A DNA stretch of 27,011 bases from Octopus sinensis (taxonomy: Eukaryota), in assembly GCF_006345805.1 (NCBI RefSeq), contig NW_021834050.1:1-27011 (forward strand), given 5' to 3'. Shown here in pieces: positions 20,621-27,011 of the stretch (the first letter of the stretch is position 1; each line of letters starts with the position of its first letter). Made by a program: the position numbers and the translations under genes. The notes below the pieces were generated by a model, which saw only the letters and a list, made by a program, of their open reading frames with translations, made no database searches and was not told where the DNA came from.

Positions 20621-20772
20621 TTTTTTTCTCTAGTTTCAGCTCAGAGCTGCGGCCATGCTGATGCACCGCCGTTTTGTGCTACTCTGTTATTTCGAAGAAC
20701 CTCGTCTAATAAGTGGCTCTTGGTGAAGAATGGAGTTTGATATAGCTACTCTCATCTGCACCTCTTGCCGTG
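20621..20772 (-). mobile_element. 3' end of a probable CR1-clade LINE sharing its tail with SINE B
   Basis: Minus frame 20770-20687 reads RQEVQMRVAISNSILHQEPLIRRGSSK* (cf. the CR1 C-terminal 'R.A.SNSLLHQ'), then GGCGGTGCATCAGCATGGCCGCAGCTCTGAGCTGAAAC. Confidence 0.65.
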
Positions 20773-20814
<42 letters not shown>

Positions 20815-20868
20815 TCTATATGCATCCACACACACACACACATATACAGCACATATATATACATATAT

Positions 20869-21246
20869 GTGGCGGTGCAATGACCCAGTGCTTAGGGCAG
20901 TGGACACGTGGTCATAGGATCGCGGTTTTGACTTCCAGACCGGGCATTGTCAGTGTTTGTTAAGCGAAAACCCTTAAAGCTCCACGCGGCTCCAGCAGGG
21001 GATAGTGGCGAACCCTGTTGTATTCTTTCACCACAACTTCCTCTCAATCTTTCTTCCAGCTTCTCTTGTACCTGTATTTCAAAGGGCCGGACTTGTCATA
21101 CTCTGTGCCACGCTGAACCTCCCCGAGAACTACGTTAAGGATACAAGTGTCTGTGGAGTGCTCAGCCACTTGCAAGTTTATTTCACGAGCAGTCTGTTGA
21201 TCGGATCAACTAGAACTCTCTTCGTCGTAACCGATAGAGTACCACG
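20869..21246 (+). mobile_element. SINE C, diverged full-length copy
   Basis: Collinear with 13551-13930 throughout. Confidence 0.9.
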
Positions 21247-21442
21247 ATATACATACATAAATATCTATGTAGCTCTCTCTCTCTCTTTCTCTCTCTCCAC
21301 ACACACACACACGCACACACACACACATATATATATATATAATAATATTAGGGAATATAATTCCAAACTTACAAGGAAAAATTCAAATTAGAAATACTAA
21401 ATCAAATTTCACAAAATATTATATATATATATATATATCATA

Positions 21443-21852
21443 TAATTGATTAAGGGAACCGATGCAGTTGGTATTGGTTTTTATTTTGTACTACGATCGC
21501 TTCGACCGACCCTGCTACAGTCCCTTGTGGATGGTATTCTATGCATGAAGTTGCATTGCATCCATTTTGCAGTCTGTGTCATATCAGGTACATTCATAGA
21601 TAAATTTGTGTCTCGCTAAAGATATTGAATTGTTATCATAATAAAATGGCTGTCATGTTGTTATGGCCGACTAAACTCAAGATCTATTGCGAAAAACTAC
21701 TTTATGTATGAATGTACACTGCAAAATCGATGCAACATAGCATGATATATAGAATCCTACCCTTAAGGGACAGTAAAAGGATGGGGCGAAATGATGGTGG
21801 TACAAAATAAAGACGAGTACCAAATCCATCTTCAGCTTCCTTAACCAATTAT
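21443..21852. mobile_element. diverged inverted pair (21443-21598 minus / 21707-21852 plus) of a Penelope-like terminal repeat with a decayed type I hammerhead motif
   Basis: Minus copy: TGTAC-CTGATAT-GAC...GTC-GAAG-CGATCG-TA-GTACA. Plus copy: TATGAATGTAC-ACTGCAAAAT...GC-GAAA-TGATGG-TG-GTACAAAATAAA. Confidence 0.6.
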
Positions 21853-22005
21853 TATGTCAGCTAACATAACCGAATTCCTCGTGTAGATCCAAAAGGAATA
21901 TACCCCAAGTACAGATGACACCAGGTAGCCCAAACTGCGGCAGTGCTTGAATCAACACATTAACACACTAATTGACATATTCGTACTAGTCTAAAATATT
22001 ACACA

Positions 22006-22059
22006 GACACACACACGCATACACACACACACACACACATGCACACACACACACACACA

Positions 22060-22101
<42 letters not shown>
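22006..22101. repeat. (CA)n microsatellite
   Basis: Direct inspection. Confidence 0.95.
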
Positions 22102-22103
<2 letters not shown>

Positions 22104-22454
22104 AATATTGGGTTCTGACAGATTTTCCGACAGAAATTAATCGCACCACAAAGGATATATTTATTTTCTAGAATGCGCAAATAATCTGAGCAATTTTGAC
22201 ATGAAGTTTACATTCGCGATTCGAATTTCTGCCGTATATACCAAACATATTATGGAATTTCGAAGGCAGAACATTATTGCACTAATGAAAGAGCTAAGCA
22301 GATGATACTGATTAGACACTATTACACGAGAAAATTAAACATTCTAAAATACTAATGCTGATAAGTCTTGAAATTCATTTTTTCTAAATTAAACATTCTA
22401 ACAGAATTGGAAACATCATTTCCTACAATAAAGACTTTTTTCCCAAATTTATAG

Positions 22455-22877
22455 CTCTTTACTCTTTTACTCTTTTACTTGTTTCAGTCATTTGACTGCG
22501 GCCATGCTGGAGCACCGCCTTTAGTCGAGCAAATCGACCCCGGGACTTATTCTTTGTAAGCCCAGTACTTATTCTATCGGTCTCTTTTGCCGAACCGCTA
22601 ATTGACGGGGACGTACACACACCAGCATCGGTTGTCAAGCAATGCTAGGGGGACAAACACACACACACAAACACACACACATACACATATATACACATAT
22701 ATATAAATATATACGACAGGCTTCTTTCAGTTTCCGTCTACCAAATCCACTCACAAGACATTGGTCGGCCCGGGGCTATAGCAGAAAACACTTGCCCAAG
22801 ATGCCACGCAGTGGAACTGAACCCAGAACCATGTGGTTGGTTAGCAAGCTACTTACCACACAGCCACTCCTGCGCCT
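22455..22877 (-). mobile_element. SINE B, well-conserved full-length copy
   Basis: Head AGGCGCAGGAGTGGCTGTGTGG through the tail (GTAAAAGA)n. Confidence 0.93.
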
Positions 22878-23149
22878 ATTGTTAAAAGACACTGAGGGAG
22901 GTGAAATTCGTGCATAATATTCAGGAAATTAATATGTCGATAACGAATCAATAACATGGCAATACTAACCGTTGAAAAATCGTATCTAACAAGTACTTGA
23001 ATGTTGATCACTTAACTGATGCAGATGCAGAGACAAAAAAACCACACGGCGTTCACATATTAGTGACGTATAAATATTTGATTTTTATCTGCATGGAATC
23101 TCATTTTACGTGTATGCATATAGGTAATGCATGTGCATATGCTATGCAA

Positions 23150-23551
23150 ATAATACATATTATATATATTTATTATATATATATATATAGATATATATAT
23201 AGATATATAATATATATATATATATGCATATGCCAATATTCATAATATATATATATTATATATATATGTATATATATACATATACTATATATATATATAT
23301 ATATTATATATATATGTATATATATAATATACATATATATATATATATATATAGATATATATATATATAATGCGTACTTGTACATATATAAATATATGTA
23401 TATATATATATATATATAGTTGTATAAATATAATCATGTATAAATATATATACTTGTATATATATATGTATATATATATATATATGTATACATACTCACA
23501 CACACACCACACCACACATACACACATATATATATTATATATATACATACA

Positions 23552-23587
<36 letters not shown>

Positions 23588-23625
23588 CACATATATATAT
23601 AATTATAGCTATTTATATACATATA
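23150..23625. repeat. long imperfect (TA)n/(CA)n region
   Basis: Direct inspection. Confidence 0.95.
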
Positions 23626-23876
23626 TCTATCTAACTTTGTAAACCAATGAAATTTCTTGATGCTGTTGTTATTGTTGCCGTTGTTTTTTTTCTTCTTCTT
23701 CTTAATATAAGTATCTGCTACCTTTTAATCAGTTTTGTAATCTATGAAAACCACTTCAAACTGGCTTTTCATTTACACTTAATTTTATGTTACAGTAATT
23801 TATTCTGTGTGCTTGCAAAATCACTCTCTGCCAATCAGGAGTATAGTACATAGGTAAAAATTGTTTTATGATAATA

Positions 23877-24092
23877 AGGTGTGGCTGTGTGGCAAGGAGC
23901 TTCCTTCCCAACCACATGGCTCAGGATTCTGTCCCATTGTGTGGCAACTTAGGCTATGTCATCGGGCCGATCAAAGTCTTGTGAGTGGATTTGGCTGACG
24001 AAAACTGAAAGAAGCCCGTCATATCTATCTATCTATCTATCTATCTATCTTCTATCTATCTATCTATCTATCTATCTACTATCTATCTATCT

Positions 24093-24134
<42 letters not shown>

Positions 24135-24165
24135 ATCTATCTATCTATCTATCTATCTAATATCT

Positions 24166-24205
<40 letters not shown>

Positions 24206-24270
24206 ATATCTATCTATCTATCTATATATCTATCTTATTTATCTATCTAGCTATCTATCTTTTATCTATC

Positions 24271-24305
<35 letters not shown>

Positions 24306-24366
24306 CTATCTATCTACTATCTATCTATCTATCTTATCTATCTATCTATTATCTATCATAATCTAT

Positions 24367-24402
<36 letters not shown>

Positions 24403-24465
24403 ATCTATCTATCTATCTATCTAGCTATCTATCTTATATACTATCTTATCTATTTGTTTTTTTTT

Positions 24466-24530
<65 letters not shown>

Positions 24531-24736
24531 CTATTTGTGTTTTTGTTTGTACCACCCCAACCACTGCTTCACAACCAATGTTGGTGTGTTTACATCCCCG
24601 AAACTTATCGCTTCGGCAAAAAAACCCTGATAGAATAAGTACTAGATTTACAAAGAACAATTCCAGCCATCGATTTCTTCGACTAAGTGGGTGCTCCAGC
24701 AGGGCCGAAGTCAAATAACTGAAACAAGTAAAAGAA
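23877..24736 (+). mobile_element. diverged SINE B with a ~510-bp internal (ATCT)n expansion (24021-24535)
   Basis: Head through AAAACTGAAAGAAGCCCGTC, then (ATCT)n, then the tail ...GTCAAATAACTGAAACAAGTAAAAG. Confidence 0.88.
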
Positions 24737-24748
24737 TATATATATATA

Positions 24749-24991
24749 GTGACTTATATTTGCCATTTGAATATGGCTAACCCCTAAGGGTGGATGCTAC
24801 TGTGGTTTGTAGCCCCAGGAAGACACCTCCTCCAGCTGGCTATAGACACACTTTCTGTGCCCTATCAAAAACTAATAGGGCACAGAAAGTGTGGCTATAG
24901 CCAGCTGGAGGAGGTGTCTTCCTGGGGCTACAAACTACAGTAGCATCCACCCTTAGGGGTTAGCCATATTCAAATGGCAAATATACGTCAC
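24749..24991. repeat. 243-bp near-perfect palindrome (117-bp arms, 9-nt loop, 3 mismatches)
   Basis: 24749-24865 is the reverse complement of 24875-24991; loop CAAAAACTA; lies between (TA)n runs. Confidence 0.97.
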
Positions 24992-25649
24992 GATGTGTTG
25001 CTGCTACTGTTTATAACTCGCTCTGAGATTTATCATTAATATATATATATATATTATGCGCATACGTACACACACAAGCACACAGACTCATACACACACA
25101 AACACAGAAACACACACACATATACACACACATTTAGAAAAATTTCTAAGACGATCAGAATGTCAAGAATACCATTTGTGAATCTTAAATAGTGTAGTCA
25201 CCACCAAAATAATATTTGCATATATTCCTGGCCATTCTCTTTTTCTTGAACTAATATAGCATTCCCTAAAGCATCAGATGGAATCGAAAATGTGATTGAC
25301 AGCATTTCAAGGGTAAAATCACGCTCGCAGCCATCTTTCTTGACTTTGAGTATACCATCCTAATTAGACAGCATGTGTTGTCCTGAAGCAATAGACCTCA
25401 ATTTCTCGTCCCACTGTACTGATTCGAATATTCGAATCAGCCTTGCATTCTTCACATATTTAACTCTTAGTCTGATATATCTACGAAATTATAGTGGATC
25501 GAACGGTGGCAAGGAAGAAAAGGTATCATGTTTGCATGCAAATAGATGGATACCAGAAATTAATCGGCAAAAACATGGTATATGCTAACAAGCCACACTC
25601 GCTTGTGTGTTACAGTGCTGAGTTTTTTTTAAATACATGTACAGGCACA

Positions 25650-25820
25650 AGCATATGTATGTTAAAGTACATGTATGTATATCTGTATGCATATACATTT
25701 ATACACACATACACACACATGTATATATATATATATATATATGTGCATTCATACATACATAAACACACGCACATACACAACCAACCATACATATATGTGT
25801 GTGTGTGTGTGTGTGTGTGA
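25650..25820. repeat. mixed (TA)/(CA)/(TG) microsatellite region
   Basis: Direct inspection. Confidence 0.9.
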
Positions 25821-25845
25821 GTGACAGAGAGAGTTTGTTGTGCCA

Positions 25846-26136
25846 GCATTCCCTCCGTTACGCTGACGAGAGGTCCAGGTGGTTCGATGAATGCAATAGC
25901 CATCTTGTGAAACGAAGGTGCAAATGGCTGAGAATTCCACAGACACGGCCATCTTTGAGGTAGTTCTCAGGAAAATTCAGCGTCACACAGCATCCTTTGA
26001 ATTATCCATTGTTGCCTGCTGAGTGAACTGGAACAACGTGAAATTAAAAAGTGTCTTTCTCAAGGACACACCGAGTCGCTGAAAATTGAACTCACAACCT
26101 CGGAATCGTGAGCTGTATGTCCTAACCACTAAGCCA
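25846..26136 (-). mobile_element. old SINE with a tRNA head, a CORE-like segment and a family C-type tail
   Basis: Minus: TGGCTTAGTGGTTAGG...GAGTTCAATT...GTGTCCTTGAGAAAGACACTTT...CCAGTTCACTCAGC, then CTGAGAACTAC...GTGTCTGTGGAATTCTCAGCCA...CGTAACGGAGGGA. Confidence 0.7.
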
Positions 26137-26141
26137 AAAAC

Positions 26142-26276
26142 CATGGAGGTAACTTGGGTCAACTTGACATCCGCATCTTATCCAAGCACCCAAAAGACCC
26201 AACACTCAGACAAATACGGGAGTACGTCCTTATAAATGAAACCTCCCCAATATTAAATAGGAAATATACACAATAA
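26142..26276 (+). pseudogene. C-terminus of a Penelope-like GIY-YIG endonuclease
   Basis: My translation HGGNLGQLDIRILSKHPKDPTLRQIREYVLINETSPILNRKYTQ* fits the PLE motif 'H....IL......R.I.E...I....P.LN'. Below the ORF-track length cutoff. Confidence 0.7.
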
Positions 26277-27011
26277 ATACCATACCTCCATACCCACAGT
26301 TTACACAGGTAGAGTAGAATAGTTAGTGGACTGTCAGGTAGATAAATGTATGTATGTATGTATGTGGGTGAGAGTGTGTATGTATGCTTTTTTGAATATT
26401 TTTTTTATATTTTCTATTTTTTATTTTTTGAATTTCTTAATATTTTTTTATTTCTTTATTTCTCTATGTAATCATTTAGATATGTAAATAAACAGATCAA
26501 TATACAGACGGATAGGTATATAGACTATATGAACAGGCACATATGGAGACACGGATCCACACATATAAAGATACACATCCATACATACAAACATAGTACA
26601 TAGTTACATAACACACACACACAGATATGCACACACAAGGAGACAAGTGCATACATATACAAACACGTGCTCATACACACATACATATAGATATAAAGTA
26701 GCTGTTTTCATCGAGGTCTACCTCGTGATGGCGTCAGTATTTTAGTCTGTAATTCAAAGGAAATTCAGAAACAGTTTTTGATATATTCTTTGAATGTAGA
26801 TATAGGTTTCAAACCGTTATTACATAGTAGTAATTCTGCGTTGCATAAAAGAAGTGACATCTCTTCATAAACGTAACACTTTGACTTTTCATAAGCAACT
26901 TACTTGCATCATTTCGAATTCAAAACTAGAACTTTCCAAACATGAAGTTTCGCACTATCGAAATAATCAATTCTATATAGTATGAGGCGTGATTTGAAGT
27001 TGGAACTTAAA

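Noticed and set aside
22105-22145. TATTGGGTT-starting mariner-like TIR
   Set aside because: Only the first few bases match and no partner end was found.
23956-24630. 224-aa ORF with (YLSI)n
   Set aside because: Translation of (ATCT)n inside a SINE.

Overview
AT-rich, microsatellite-dense eukaryotic non-coding DNA with no supportable host exon. The SINE families and the extreme (TA)n/(CA)n/(ATCT)n content look like a cephalopod (octopus) genome; this assignment is from pattern recognition, not a search. The window is a nested graveyard of mobile elements: several tRNA-derived SINE families, 3' ends of Tx1/L1-, CR1- and R4/Dong-type LINEs, Penelope-like (PLE) remnants including a decayed hammerhead motif, a decayed hAT (Buster/Charlie) transposase and a hAT MITE, an internally deleted mariner, a Tc1 remnant and two non-autonomous Helitrons. 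The most notable structure is a 5'-truncated Tx1-type LINE (12329-13261) flanked by a 194-bp direct duplication of its target (193/194 identical). Its 3' terminal ~48 nt match the tail of a SINE family (here 'SINE A') that occurs mainly as fixed-register head-to-tail arrays or nested inside older copies of itself. Together these suggest a Tx1-driven, self-targeting SINE system. A second SINE-LINE pair (SINE B and CR1, with a covarying hairpin) and a 243-bp near-perfect palindrome are also present. Family names A/B/C are local labels.
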